Positions 11,556 to 24,161 of a DNA stretch of 64,000 nucleotides are shown one piece after another (within the stretch, counting starts at the first letter, position 1; each line of letters begins with the position of its first letter). Source of the stretch: Octopus vulgaris (Eukaryota). The notes beneath the pieces are model-generated. The model was not told the DNA's origin, did no database searches, and saw only the letters and a list, made by a program, of their open reading frames with translations. The stretch spans positions 139,438,001 to 139,502,000 of the forward strand of contig OX597817.1 of the NCBI GenBank assembly GCA_951406725.2. Reading direction: 5' to 3'. The translations under genes and the position numbers were made by a program.

Positions 11556-12362
11556 CATCATCATCATTTAACGTCCGTTTTCCATGCTAGCATGGGTTGG
11601 ACAGTTCAGCTGGGGTCTGGGAAGCCTCGAAGCTGCACCAGGTTCTAGTTTGATCTGGTGAAGTTTCTACAGCTAGATGCCCTTCCTAACGCCAACCTAA
11701 CGAGTGTAGTGAGTGCTTTTTTTACATGCCACCGGCACAGGGGCCAGAAGGGGCTGGCATCAACTACGGCCGGAAGGTGCTTTTTACGTGCCACCAGCAG
11801 GGGAGCCAGTCAAGGTGGTGCTGGCATCGGCCACGTTCAGATGGTGCTTTTTACATGACACCGGCACAGGAGCCAGTCGGGGCAAGGGGGCTGGTAACAA
11901 CCACGTTCAGATGGTGCTATTTATGTGCCACTGGCACGGGGACCACAACTACAATTTCCATTTGATTTGATTTGATGTTGATGTACTTGACTCAATAGGT
12001 CTCCTCAAGCATGGCCTGTCACCCTATGATCCAAGGTACTTAGAGTGGGCTGGTTATGTGACACTGGTGTAGGTTACAGCTGTAAACTCACTTTAGTTGC
12101 TGGGTCTTCTCAGTCACAGCATACCTCCAGAGGTCTCAGTCTTTTGTCATTACCTCTGTGAGGCCTAACGTTCGAAGGTCATGCTTCACCACCTCATCCC
12201 ATGTCTTCCTGGACCTCCATCTACCCCAGATTCCTTCCACTGTTTAGGAGTGGCACTTCTTCACAAAGCTCACCTCATCCATCCACAGTACATAACCATA
12301 CCAACGCAAACGTCTCTCTTGCATGCCACATCCAATGCTTCTTAATGTCCAACATTTCTCTC
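11556..12362 (-). mobile_element. RTE LINE 3' fragment
   Basis: Same family as 98-925; (CAT)n flank. Confidence 0.9.
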
Positions 12363-13616
12363 TATGATGATGATGATTAATTAGTTTTTGGATTTTGTTG
12401 GGCAGATTCCAACAGAGAACCATAAGTCAGTTAATTTTTTCTCTTTACTCTATTATTTGTTTCAGTCATTTGACTACAGCCATGCTGGAGCACCACCTTT
12501 AGTTGAATAAATCAACCCCAGGACTTATTCTTTGTAAACCTAGTACTTATTCTATTGGTCTCTTTTGCTGAACTGCTAAGTTACAGGGACATAAGCCCAC
12601 CAACATTGGTTGTCAAGTGATGATGGGTGGACAAACACAGACACAAACAAATATATATACATATATTATATATATTATATATATTTTATATATATGTATA
12701 TAACAGACTTCTTTTAGTTTCTGTTTACCAAATCCACTCGCAAGGCTTTGGTCAGCCTGAAACTATAGCAGAAGACACTTGTCCAAGGTGCCACTCCATG
12801 GGACTGAACCTGGAATCATGTGGTTGGGAAGCAAGCTTCTTACTACACAGCCACATCTTCGCCTGTTCGTCTAATTTTTAATAATTTAAAATTTTGTCAC
12901 TAAATACATTTCTCTTGGTTTCTCTCATCTACACTGTATTCCTCTCACTTCAACCCCTATCACAACTCATCATCATCATCATCATCATTCATACCTCCAT
13001 CATGCTTCTCACTCAGTAAAGTTATTGGGGAGTGAGCAGTTGTGTCAAGGACACGGCTTTCTTTCTCTCTCAAACTTATGCCATTAGAAACATTCCCACT
13101 ACCATCTGTCATTCTATGAATTGTGATCACCTCTTAGTTTTGCCAAGGACTTGATAAAGTAAGGCATGCTTAATACCGTACATACACACTCAACAAAATG
13201 ACGTGTTATAAGATATAAACACACACTTGTATAATCTCTCTGCCAATGGACTTGTGTCTTATCAACTCTGCCAAAAATAAACTTGTATCATATATTCAGT
13301 GAGTGAGCAGATGTCCTATTTCTTTAACCTATAAGCTGTTGAGTATTTGTGAAAGATCTTATCAGCCTCTCCTCTAAAAAATTATGATTTCACATTGAAA
13401 CATGATAGTTATTACAAATGAACGTTACTAATGTTTTGGGCAAAGACCCTTTATCAGGAAAGAGCTATAGTTCTATGTGTTACTATACAGGAATCATGAT
13501 GACATCCAACAACAAGGAACAGATTTCATATTAGACATTTAGTTTTACTGAAACATTTCATTCTTTTTATTGAATGATCATATTTCTTAATCAGTTCTGT
13601 ATTTAAAAGCTGAGGA

Positions 13617-13752
13617 ATTATTTACATTTGATGGATGTTTGTCCTCGTCATGTTTGTTGTTAACACAACGTTTCGGCTGATGTACTCACCAGCCAAAACA
13701 TTGTGTTAACAACAAACAAGATGAGGGCAAATATCCGTCAAATGTAAATAAT
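13617..13752. repeat. Near-perfect 63-bp-arm hairpin
   Basis: attatttacatttga..ttgttgttaacacaacgtttcggctg / cagccaaaacattgtgttaacaacaa..tcaaatgtaaataat. Confidence 0.85.
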
Positions 13753-13841
13753 ATTTTTTTATTATTTATCAATAAAATATGTATGCAAATACATTTTCAT
13801 CCTGTTTAAATCTAATATTGTGTGTATTTTTGTATTTGCAG

Positions 13842-13922
13842 CTGATTTGGAATTTGAAAGTATTTTCTTGAGGCCATCAGAATGTGCTGACTCTAAGTTT
13901 CCCCTTGTTGTCTGGTCCCACG
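13842..13922 (+). CDS. APEH: APEH exon (start of the S9 catalytic domain)
   Basis: ttgcag|PDLEFESIFLRPSECADSKFPLVVWSHG|gtaact. Confidence 0.94.
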
Positions 13923-14320
13923 GTAACTATTTCCATATTGTCTTTCCCACCTACTATTCCAACAGTTATTCTATATTCTGTCATTTTTCCATTTACAAAT
14001 TACTGGTACAGGGAATATTTACAAAAATGGTGAGCTGGCAGAATTGTTAGTGTGCCAGACAAAATGCTTAGCAGAATTTCGTCCATCTTTACATTCTAAG
14101 TTCAAATTCCTCTGAGGTCGACTTTGCCTTTCATCCTTTCATGGTCGATAAAATAAGTACCAGTTACACACTGGGGTCAATGTAATCGACTTACCCCCTG
14201 CCCCAAACTTGCTAGCTTTGTACCAAATTTTGAAGCCAATATTTACCAAATTTTCTGTTGTCTTTTAGACTGTTTTCTGTCTGCCTGTTAAAAACAAGCA
14301 TTTACCATTTTCATCCTTAG

Positions 14321-14401
14321 GAGGCCCTCATTCGGCTTTCATGGGAGACTTTCAGTTGTATCCGGCTGCCATGTGTTCCTGTGGTTTTGCTGTTCTATTA
14401 G
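14321..14401 (+). CDS. APEH: APEH exon (HGGP oxyanion loop)
   Basis: ccttag|GGPHSAFMGDFQLYPAAMCSCGFAVLL|gtgggt. Confidence 0.95.
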   Translation, partial: EALIRLSWETFSCIRLPCVPVVLLFY

Positions 14402-14460
14402 GTGGGTGCTGTCTTTTTTAAATATAAGTTGATATTAATGGTTTTTCATTTCATATTTAC

Positions 14461-14945
14461 CATCATCATCATCATCGTTTAACGTCCGCTTTCCATGCTA
14501 GCATGGGTTGAACGGTTCGACTGGGGTCTGGGAAGCCAGGAGGCTGCACCAGGCTCCAGTCTGATCTGGCAGTGTTTCTACAGCTGGATGCCTTTCTTAA
14601 TGCCAACCACTCCGTGAGTGTAGTGGGTGTTTTTTACATTCCACCGGCAGGTGCCAGGGGAGGCTGGCAGCGACCACAATCGGTTGGTGCTCTTTACGTG
14701 CCACCGGCGCAGAAGCCAATCAAGGCGGCGCTGGCATTGGCCACGTTCGGATGGTGCTTTTTACGTGCCACCGGCACATGTATCACAACTACAATTTCCA
14801 TTTGATATTTTTGATGTTGATGTACTTGCCTCAATAGGTCTCCTCAAGCACAGCAGGTCATGTGCCACCGGCACAAAAGCCAGTCAAGGCAGCGCTGGCA
14901 TCGGCCATGTTTGGATGGTGCTTTTTTACGTACCGCCGGCACTGT
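14461..14945 (-). mobile_element. RTE 3'-end short copy
   Basis: (cat)n-cgtttaacgtccgctttccatgctagcatgggttg...ttctacagctggatgcc. Further copies at about 22272-22541, 22745-22960, 26691-26982, 37720-38035, 40853-41108, 46905-47435, 50136-51015, 53727-53880, 62184-62460 (all -) and 60577-61026, 62461-62605 (+). Confidence 0.85.
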
Positions 14946-15300
14946 TCTTGAGAAATATTTTACTACTCTAGCTCCAGGCTAACCAAAGCCTTATGAGTGG
15001 ATTTAGTAAGTGGAAACTGAAGGAAGCCTGTCATGTATGTATATATATATGGTGTGTGTGTGTACCCTTGTTTTGATGTCATGTGATATTTGTAAAAGGG
15101 TAGCACTGCTATAGAAGTAGCACCATTCATTCTCAGTCTGCTATAAAAAGCTTGTCTGGCTGTGATAAAAATATTACCTTACTTGAAAATAGGTATGGGT
15201 TGGTGATTGAAAAGATATCCAGCCATAGAAAATCTACCTCAACAAATTCTGTCTGACCCATACAAATATGGAAAAGTGGTCATTAAATGATGATATAATA

Positions 15301-16589
15301 CACAAGGTTTCCTAAAATTAAAGCAACCAAAGTTTCAGGCTTTAATAACTATCAATAAATGGATAAGACATGAGAATTATCCATCATTATAAAAGCTTAC
15401 TGCATCCTCTTTTCTGTTTCAGACTGAATAAATTCAGATTTATAAATTACGTAATGGCTATAGACTGAAATATAGCCATAACCCTCCACAAAGGAGGTGA
15501 AAGAAATACAGCTATAGCAAAGGAGATTAAAATTAGCTGAACAACAGTCTGGAAAATTGTTGAGAAATTTCAAGAGTCTGGTTCCATCACTGATTGACCT
15601 GGATATGGCCAAAAAAGAAATGTGCAGACCCCTCAGCTTATCAGAAGTACCAATGGAAAGATACAGCAAGATGCTTGTAATTCCATCAGAATATTTGCTT
15701 CCACAGCAAGAATAAGCTGAACATTGATGTATCGAATGCTAAAGGAATTTTTGAGGACCCAGCCCTACAAGATGATCTGCCATCATGAGCTCACACAGGT
15801 TTATAAGGCCATGAGACTGGAGAGAAGTCGTCTTGTCTGGAGTCTGATTGCTGAAGGCACACTGCCAAATCTGGTGTTCACTGATGAAAATAAATCTGAC
15901 ATTGAGCAGACAGTAAACCACCCGAGTGACCAACTTTGGGGTGTATCTGGCTCTTTCGGAGGTAGACTTGTAAATTGACATCAAAATCCACAGTCAATTA
16001 TTGTTTGGGCAGCTGTGACAGCCACTGGAAGGTCTCCCCTCGTTTTTGTGCCCTCAGGTGTTAAAATTAACACCCAGTGATACATTAGTGACATTCTGGA
16101 AGCTGAACTGCTTCCATGGGCGAAGGAGCACTTTCAAGGCACACCTTGGAGCCTCCAACAGGACTCAGCACCATCCTCCCACAGCTCCAAACAGACATAA
16201 CACTGGATTCAGAAAAAACATTCCATCATTCATAGGCACAGATGTATGGCCCTCAAGAAACCCCGATCTCAACCCTTTAGATTTTTCAGTTTGGTCCATT
16301 TTGGAGGGTCTTGAGCTCTCTTCATGCTTCGCTCAATGCTCTGAAAGCAAAACTGCTCCAGAAATGGACTTTGATTCCACAAGAATAGTCACATGCCACA
16401 TGTGAAGCGTTCACACCTAGTCTTAAGGTTGCGATTTGAAGCAGAGATTGTCGTATTGAATAAATGTAGTAATGTCATAATTGTGTTTGCTTAAAACCAT
16501 TGCATTGCAAGGCTCACACCTGAAATATAACAATATTTTGTTTTGGCAAAATTGAAAAAAGTTGGTTGCCTTAATTTTGGGACACCCTG
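15301..16589 (+). mobile_element. Decayed Tc1/mariner (maT, DD37D-like) DNA transposon
   Basis: TIRs caaggtttcctaaaattaaagcaaccaa / ttggttgccttaattttgggacaccctg with flanking TA; broken transposase VFTDE..VWAAVTATGRSPLVFVPSGVKIN..QQDSAP..WPSRNPDLNPLDFSVWSILE. Confidence 0.9.
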
Positions 16590-17968
16590 TATTCAAATAT
16601 AAATTATATATTTTTAAAATATTATAATGTAATTCTTCTGACTGTTAATCTCAGAAAATATCTCTTAATATTTATGTGTACACTGTTTCTGTTGGTTTAA
16701 TTATTGATCATCATCAGGAATGTTATTTCTGGATGTGTAGGCAACTGGTTGGATTTGAACTCATGATATATATTTCTCATTTAACAGCAACAGTACTCAT
16801 AGCCACTTGGTCTCGGTTGCTTTATGTTATCTTCAACCGAAATATTTTGCTTCATTAAAAACACATCACAGCTCACAAGAATTATTATTTTTTTTGTATT
16901 TTGTTATTTTTGACTTAATGTTTGTTATTTTGCTTCAAGACATAATTTTAGGGATTTGAAGTTCCTCTTGGACTTTTGATGAACAAATATCATGGAACAA
17001 CTCCTTAGTTTGATTCCAGAGACCAATGGAAAGTTTACAGCAATTCCATTATTAATGGCACAAGAAGCAACTTAAGTAACAACAAGGCCTAACTGCCAGC
17101 TCCTCCTCCTCCTCCATGATGCCCCAGGGAACTGAGCCCTACCCCACTACATTCCATTAGCATTCAATTTCATGTTGTGTGTCTCTACTAATTACACCAG
17201 TCTAGCTGAGTGGTCTTTATTCGGTGGGCGGGGATGTCTCCAAAATGTAATATCCAGTATGGCCTGTTGGTCAAAACAACAGCAGTGACAGAGAATGCCT
17301 ACATTGTGTTGAGCAGTAATAGTAGGTATGAGCAGAATGTGACCTTGTGCTCTTACTATGAGATCTTTTGAGCCCTCATCAGAAGCCTGGTGAGTGAACC
17401 ATCAAAGTAACCTTGAAGCTCCATCTTCATAGTTCAGGTTTCAACTCCATGGAAAGCACTAATCTCTACAGATGCCCTGACAACTGTTTTTGGTCTTGAC
17501 GCCAATATTGCACTTCTAAAACAAGTACCACACCATTTGCTTTTTAATTAAAAAAAACAATCTCTATTTCACCAATAGTCCCCCCCACCACCATTCCATG
17601 CAGCCAAAGCTGGGACATTGTTGTTTATTTTGGAAGCACCACACTACATGTTAAGTTCCTGTTAATCTAGTCCAGCACCATCACCAAGTTGTTTTCCTTC
17701 CTTTCTTGTTCTGCTGGCTGGTAACCAGGACGGAGTAGGTTTTGAGTGTTCACCCAAGATCACACTACACCTGAACTCCACCCCCTTAAGTGTTGCAAAT
17801 ATTTAACCTAGACATGCTTCAGATCCTCTTTAAACCCTCTTGGGAAAATGTAGATTATTATAAAATGTTAACCACCAAATGGTAGCCAATATTTAGATGG
17901 TCATTAATATTTAGATAGTCACCAACTATATACATATAAAACTAAATACCTTCAATCTTTTATTTCAG

Positions 17969-18057
17969 TAAATTATCGTGGCTCCATTGGATGTGGTCAG
18001 AACTCTATTAAATCTCTTTTGGGTAAAATTGGCCATCAGGATGTACAAGATGTACAA
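17969..18057 (+). CDS. APEH: APEH exon
   Basis: tttcag|VNYRGSIGCGQNSIKSLLGKIGHQDVQDVQ|gtaagt; NYRGS motif of S9 peptidases. Confidence 0.95.
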
Positions 18058-19561
18058 GTAAGTCATTACAAAGAACCTCATGATTGAAGACAGATTTAGC
18101 AAAGTTGTTAAGTTTTTTTCTTTCTTTCTTCCCCAATATAAATATCTTCAAAATGTTGAGCCTGTCCAGTCAAAAAAAAAATACCAAGGTTTTTGATTAT
18201 AGAATAAATTCTATGTTTAATGATTTTGTTAATCAAAGATCTCGATTAAAGAGTTGTTTAATCATATCATGTTATTTGAAAGTAACAATTTTAGTTTATT
18301 TTCAGTGTATCAGATTTTAGATTATATATTTTTAAACATCTTATGATATAAATGAAACCTCCCCAATGCTAAATAGGAAATATACATATTAGATACCATA
18401 CCTCCATACCCACAGTTTGCACAGGTAGAGTAGAATAGTTAGAGGACTGTTAGGTAGATAAATGTATGTATGTGTGTGTGTGTGTATGCACCTTTTTTTT
18501 TTGTATAAGCATATAGATAATATAGATATGAAAATAAACAGATCAACATACAGATGGATAGGTACATAGGTTACAAGAACAGACACATGGAGACACGGAT
18601 CCACACATATAAAGATGCTCATCCATACATACAAATATGGTACATAGTTGCATAACACACACACACACACACACACAAGGAGACAGAGGTGCATACATAT
18701 ACAAACACATGCTCACACACACATACATAGAAAATACACAAACACGGACATGCAAGCACATAAATATGCAGGTTACGTACATACAGATGCACACACATAT
18801 ATACATATGCATACACACACACATATACATACACACACACACATACATACATACGTACATGCATGCGTGTATAGGCACACACTAACCCACACACATGTGC
18901 ACAAACAAACAAAAGGGAATGCAGTGTAAATAACGGACAGAGTCAAGACTATTGTAAAGGTTGCAAGACGCAACGAAAATTTTAGGAAAATAAGAAATAA
19001 GTGGAAATTTTACCGGTGTGTGTGTGTTACTTTATAAGGCACAAAAAGAAAATTACTCTCCCCAGACACAACAGAATTTTATGAGACCTGTATTAATTGC
19101 TACAAAATATACAATTGGCTACTGTCATACCATTCAGTCCACACACCGTTCACTAAAATTACTCAGTAACAACACATTTATGGTACTGGCACTTCTATGT
19201 AGACTACCAAACCTTATTAAATGGAATTACCATTTCTACCTCATCTTTGATTTGTTGGTAATAACTCCAACAGTGCTTAGAGTTATGTAACTTTAAACAG
19301 CATTTTACTATTTTAAATTTTGTTTTTTAAATGTTAATAATTTTTTTATGAATGTAAACAAGATTTCTTATATACATGAAATATGAGGCATTTTTCAAGG
19401 GGTGGGGTTCACTACCATTTATTTGATTCCTACACAAAATTATTGTCCCTCACATCTGTGTTCATTTCCTTAAATCAGTGTTCACTATGTCCCTTATATC
19501 ATTATCCAATATGCCTCATCATTGCATAATATTGTCACTTATATCATTGTTCAATTTTTTC

Positions 19562-20930
19562 TATTATGATTATTATTATTATTTCTTTTTATCTCATGTT
19601 TTGTTGGAACTTCTGAAGTCTTGCCTGCATAGTGGGCTTGCTGCCTGCAGCCTACGGTACCATGCTATCCATTCTTTTCAACTATCTAATACTTTCCTGA
19701 TTATTCTGGCCGTGCCAAGCAGGCAAACCTTTTGTAACAGTTCTACTGGGCACTCTTCCAATTTCATTTATATTCCCCTTGATGCCTTCTAATACTGTTC
19801 CCAAAGACCCAACAATAATTGGCACTATCTTCACCTTCTTCATTTTCCATAGCTGGGCTAAGAGGATTGTATGTGTCTATTTTTTCACCTTCCTTCTTAG
19901 CTATTCGTGGGTCAAAGGGCAACATCAACTATGTAGCACATGTGGTGCATCTCAGGTTCAGTCTATTATGCTCTAACATCTGATCTGTTTGAATAGAAAA
20001 ATCCCAGATTTTGCAGGTCTTTCACTCCGCCACTCTCTGCAGTTTGTGTTCGTACCACGTCTTGCCTCTCTCTATATTCCCCACTTTTCGCACAGTTTCC
20101 AATGTAGCACTTTCACTACCTGATCCTGTCGCCACGACTTGTAATGGTTTGGGGCGAGTCTAGAGCACTCGTTCGTGATATGGTCAATGGTTTCGTCCAC
20201 TCTATTGCAGATGCAGCACAGCAAAGACACTTGCTCATTCCTAAAGTTAACCTTCCAATTTGTGGCCAAAGCTTGGTCTTGCGCTGCCAGTCTAGCGTTC
20301 TCAGTCTCTTCAGCCAATCCCACCGATTTTTTCCAGCAACTTCGGTTGTGGCTACATGGAACTGATTGTGCAGTCCCTTCTTGTGTAATTCTTCTTCATG
20401 TCCTTTTAGTACTTCTTTATTTTTTTTTTTTTTTTCTCAGCTTTCAATACTCCCGCATTCCTTACTGACACTAGCAAGGTTTCCTTACTTTGGGTTAGGT
20501 ATCTCATTAAGCTCTCAACTACGATACATATGCAGTCTTCCACACTTATCAGTCCCCTTCCTCCATTTGCTCTCTTCATCTATTGGCAATCAGTGTCTGC
20601 GCATGGTTGAAGGATCTTTCTTGTCTTCCTGTCCAACTCCTTTAGTTCCTCCTTTATCCACTTCAGGATTCCAGTGCAATACCAAACTACTGTGACTGCT
20701 TGTGAGTTTATTGCCGAAATTATATTTCTGGCATTCAACTTTGAAGCCAATATTTTTCTCACTGGTCACAGCTAGTCTTTCTTTGTCTTTTCTTTCATAT
20801 CACTGTGTTTAGTTCCATTTGCCTCAAAGTATTTATAACTGAACTGAGGTTTAATTGCCTTCATCATTTTACCACTTGACACCCATATTTCCTTCTGTCC
20901 TGACAAGCTTTCCTCATCTCATCACCTTCT
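19562..20930 (-). mobile_element. Decayed R4/Dong-like (RLE) non-LTR retrotransposon, 3' part
   Basis: AAQDQALAT, C..C....ETIDHITNECSRLA zinc knuckle, R.DQV.K.LHWKLC; N.ISAIN..AV.V..Y..GILKW..EELKELDRKTRK; both flanks are (TAA/TTA)n. Confidence 0.8.
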
Positions 20931-21406
20931 TTATTATTATTATGGCGGCAACCTGGCAGAATTGTTAGCATGCTGGACGAAATGCTTAGCGGTATTTCGT
21001 TCATCACTCCATTCTGAGTTCAAATTCCACCGCGATCAACTTTGCCTTTCATCTTTTCTGGGTCGATAAATTAAGTGCCAGTTGGGCACTGGGGTCAATG
21101 TAATCGACTAGACCCTCCCCCAAAATTTCAGGCCTTATGCCTATAGTAGAAAGGATTATTATTATTATTATGATCATTATTATTAAAGTGGCGAGCTGGC
21201 ACAGTCGTTAGCACGCTGGACAAAATGCTTAGCGGTATTTCGCCCATCACTTCATTCTGAGTTCAAATTCCGACAAGGTCAACTTTTCCTTTCATCCTTT
21301 CAGGTCGATAAAACAAGTACGAGTTGGACACTGGGGTCAATGTAATTGACTCATTCTCTCCCTCAAAATTGCTGCCCTTGTGGCAAAATTTGAAACTATT
21401 ATTATT

Positions 21407-21632
21407 ATTATTCAGTAGTTCTATTTTTATAGCGTGCTTTCACTTCACTACCGAGTGCAGCTCTGTGTGCCTTGGGTATGTGCTGTGGTTTGTTGTGATG
21501 CTCTTATGGTTACTGTATTGAAAGTGTTTTTCGTAGGATGTATACAGTGCCCATTAGTGCAATTTTCTGTATGTTATATATATTTGTAAGTCCTGGTGTG
21601 TTTGTTATGTATTTGTCTGAATATTTTTTTAA
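21407..21632 (-). mobile_element. 3' tip of another R4-like element
   Basis: Minus strand reads KYSDKYITNTPGLTNIYNIQKIALMGTVYILRKTLSIQ*; embedded in (TTA)n. Confidence 0.7.
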
Positions 21633-22033
21633 ATAAATAAATAAAATAAATAAAAAAATTATTATTATTATTACTACTACTACTACTACTACAGTAGGCT
21701 GGCAGTCATTACAAAATGCTTTGTGATATTTCTTCTGGCTCTTCTGAGTTCAAATCCTGCTCAGGCCAGCTTTGCCTTTCATCCAGGGTCGATGAAATAA
21801 GTATCAACTGCACCCTGAGGTCAAAGTAATTGACGAGCCCCACCCACTACAACATTTCATGTCATGTGCTTACAGCAGAAAGAATTATTGCTGTTGTTGT
21901 TCCTGGATCTCTTCCTGACATTATTCAATTTGCTCCTTATATTATTGCTCAGTTTGTTTGTTGTTAAACTCTCTGCCCCTTACATCATTAATAAATTCCT
22001 AAATGTTTTTGTTGTTTTTTGTTGTTGTTTCAG

Positions 22034-22144
22034 TTTGCTGCTGAATCTTTATTGAAACTTGATTACATTAATGAAAATCATGTGACTGTGATTGGTGGCT
22101 CCCATGGTGGTTTCATTACATTACATCTCATTGGACAGTATCCA
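22034..22144 (+). CDS. APEH: APEH exon with the catalytic Ser (GGSHGG)
   Basis: tttcag|FAAESLLKLDYINENHVTVIGGSHGGFITLHLIGQYP|gtaagt. Confidence 0.97.
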
Positions 22145-23285
22145 GTAAGTTTCACACACTTTCCATTCCTCATCAGTAATTGCTTTCATCACTGTTGTAT
22201 GTGTCCAGTTTTCCCTTGCTTACCACAAAGCTTGGACAAGTCTTTCCCCACCATAGGATGGTATTGGCTTTTCATCATCATTATCATCATCATCGTTTAA
22301 CATCCGCTTTCCATGCTAGCATGGGTTGGATGGTTCGACCGGGGTCTGGGAAGCCAGGAGGCTGTACCAGGCTCCAATCTAATCTGGCAGTGTTTCTACA
22401 GCTTGATGCCCTTCCAAACACCAACCACTCCGTGAGTGTAGTGGGTGTTTTTTACATGCCACCGGCACAGGGGCCAGAGCAGGCTGGCAAACGGCCACGA
22501 TTGATTGGTGCTTTTACGTGTCACCAACACGGAAGCCAGTCAAACTTTTTATTATTATTATTTATTGATACAGCTTTGTGGTTTAGAAGCTTGCTTGCCA
22601 ATGATGCAATCTTGGGTTTGTTCAGTCCCACTGCACAACAGCTTGGGAAAGTGTCTTTTACTGTAGCCCTAGGCTAACCAAAGCCTTGTGACTGGATTTG
22701 ATAGAAGGAAACTGGAAGAAGCCTGTTGTGCATATCTGTATATCATTGTCATCGTTTAATATCCTTTTTCCTTGCTGGCATGGGTTGGACAGTTTGACAG
22801 GGAGCTGTCCAGACGCCATCTGTCTGTTGGGGCATGGTTTCTATGGCTGGATACCCTTCCTAATGCCAACCACTTTACAGATTGTGTTGGTTGCTTTTTA
22901 CCTGCCACCAGCATGGGTGCATTTATGCAGCATTCACACAGGTGTATTACAGAAGCACCAGCACAGGTGCTTATTAAGTGGCAGAGAGAGAGGGCTTACA
23001 GAAATAAATGTGTGTGTGTGTGTGCCTTTGTAGTGACACCAGGTAATGGTTGTAAATGTGCATCATCATCATACAAGCAATATTACTTGAATCCAGTCTT
23101 CCATGAGGAACATATCTGGCTGTGAAAGTGGATATTAAACTAGGGTGGCAGTGATGATGACAACAACTTCATCTTCTTCTTCTCTTCCTCCTCGTCCTCC
23201 TCTTACTAGTACTACTGCTAGCTGGTTCCTTAATGCTCCCTGTGTTATCTTTAACTTAATGATAATGTTAGTTTTGCACTTATTA

Positions 23286-23574
23286 CAGTGGAACTTCAGT
23301 TTACAAATTTAATTCATTCTTGAAGACCGTTTTTCACCCAAAATGTTTGTAAACTGAAACTATTTTTCCCATAGGAACTTAAAGAGAAGGCACAGTGAAT
23401 TCAAGCACTGAGTGAAATTGGTGCTCTCCTACTTGGCGCCAACCATTGTTGTTGTTGTCTTGCATCTTTGTTACCGAAGACACCATTCATCACCCAAGAT
23501 GTTTTATGTCAGAAAAATTGTTCATAAACCAATTTGTTTGTGATGAGAAGCATTTGTAAAGCAAGATTCTGCTG
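23286..23574. mobile_element. Old Tigger/pogo-like MITE
   Basis: TA-cagtggaacttcagtttacaaat ... atttgtaaagcaagattctgctg-TA degenerate TIRs. Confidence 0.6.
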
Positions 23575-23760
23575 TATTTGCTGACCCAGACCATTCCACG
23601 CTTCCTTGATATTTACCATTTCACTATAACATGAGTGACTTGTTCCAATGGACAGTTTGGATATAGTAATTCCTACAGTTCATTGCCATATTCTTTACAT
23701 TTTAAAAATTATGAAAAACTGAAAAACTAAATTTTGAACATGGTTTTTATTTGTTTCCAG

Positions 23761-23809
23761 GATTTTTACAAAGCAGCGGTTTGCAGAAATCCAGTTACTA
23801 ATTTGCTAA
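23761..23809 (+). CDS. APEH: APEH exon
   Basis: ttccag|DFYKAAVCRNPVTNLL|gtaagt. Confidence 0.94.
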
Positions 23810-24161
23810 GTAAGTATTTTTGACTGTCCGAAATATGTCCTTACATTTCATTATTCCTGTTTTAATGTTAAACCCTTTAAATGGATACTGATGCAAAGTT
23901 GAACACTACAGAATAGTTAGCTAAATCAGTTTGTCTTAGTGTACACTTAACCATCAACACCTCAGTTCATGCTGTTGTTTATGATGGACTGATGTAGCTG
24001 TTTAGTGTTTTATGTGATGGTGGACTCACACAGCTAAGTACACAGCATCCCAAATGACTGTGCCACAGCAGACAACACTGTACAACAACACCTCAAGGGA
24101 ACTGCTGCAGTGCTGGCCAACCTGCTAAATGGGGTAACCAAATTTCCCTCACATATCATGA

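Noticed and set aside
11658-11970. Recurrent peptide FLQLDALPNANHS in many ORFs, suggestive of a gene family
   Set aside because: It is the antisense reading of the RTE 3' UTR; frames and starts are inconsistent among copies
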